Shown here: piece by piece, positions 63,421 to 64,000 of the stretch
Layout: every line of letters starts with the position of its first letter
How positions within the stretch are numbered: the stretch's first letter is position 1
Source of the DNA: Negaprion brevirostris
Lineage: Eukaryota
Reading direction: 5' to 3'
Length of the DNA: 64,000 nt
Assembly: GCA_030324005.1 (NCBI GenBank)
Contig: JARDVH010000115.1
Span: 28,408,812 to 28,472,811 of the forward strand
Position numbers and translations under genes: made by a program
The notes under the pieces: model-generated
The model's input: the letters and a program-made list of their open reading frames with translations, nothing else
What the model was told of the DNA's origin: nothing
Database searches by the model: none

Positions 63421-64000
63421 CATCCAGAGGTCTTAGCCATGTTTCCTGTTCCAGCAGGATTATCACATTGGCTGCTGTGTCTAATTTAAGATTTGTGAGG
63501 CGATCATTTATAGATATGTCAGCATTCGATTATGTAAACCTGAGATCCTTCATTTCAACCACAAAGCATTGTTGGACCTCTTGGTGTGCCATATCTCTCA
63601 TATGGACGTACTTGGGATCTTCTGCACGTCTTGAGGTTTTGGACTTAGATATCTTTCCAAAGTGTCCTAGGCAACTGCAGTCAAAGCACTGCACAATGAC
63701 AACTGCACACTGCTCATGCTGTGAGGACTTTTGGCACCACAATGCTGACACTATCTTGTGCTTTGCTTGGGTATTGCTTTCCTTGCCCTCGAGTTTCCTT
63801 ACCCTTTCATGGTTTTATGAGCTGGAGTCTCACGATTTAACTTGGCCACACAAAATGGATTGGTCATGCTGACAAACCTCTGTTTGTCTGATGATTGGGA
63901 TCACTTTTCCATAAGTTAGAGCTTCTTTAGATTGCAGCACATCCAATAGAATATTACCAGTCAAACCAACTACTTGCAGTTTCTTATGAGTTCTGACTTA

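Noticed and set aside
62645-63489. Several ORFs longer than 200 aa
   Set aside because: Almost entirely N-gap, flanked by SINE sequence. The same applies to ORFs at 18243-18649, 29009-29424, 30839-31360, 42283-42945 and 46524-46895.

Overview
Vertebrate genomic DNA, almost certainly from a shark or other elasmobranch: it carries HE1-type and Deu-domain SINEs, CR1 LINEs and Penelope-like elements, and it has many N gaps. The only protein-coding gene I can support is a complete five-exon DLK1 (delta-like non-canonical Notch ligand 1) on the minus strand. Its coding exons are 26642-26714 (or the duplicate 27890-27962), 21638-21701, 14243-14373, 8940-9084 and 6798-7554, giving 1170 nt and 389 aa, with all GT-AG junctions in frame. 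The most unusual observation is that the signal-peptide exon is present twice, 1248 bp apart. Both copies keep the ATG, Kozak context, splice donor and an upstream acceptor-like site, and they differ by three non-synonymous changes. The rest of the window is mostly decayed transposable elements: CR1, a second L2/CR1-group LINE, Penelope-like elements with hammerhead-ribozyme remnants, a Ty3/Gypsy pol remnant, a Harbinger transposase fragment and MITE-like inverted-repeat elements. There are also some unexplained structures: a 60-bp spacerless palindrome, an inverted-repeat-flanked minisatellite, candidate extra exons and CTCF-like motifs. DLK1 exon boundaries were read base by base. Repeat boundaries are approximate, and repeat family names come from recognition, not from a database search.
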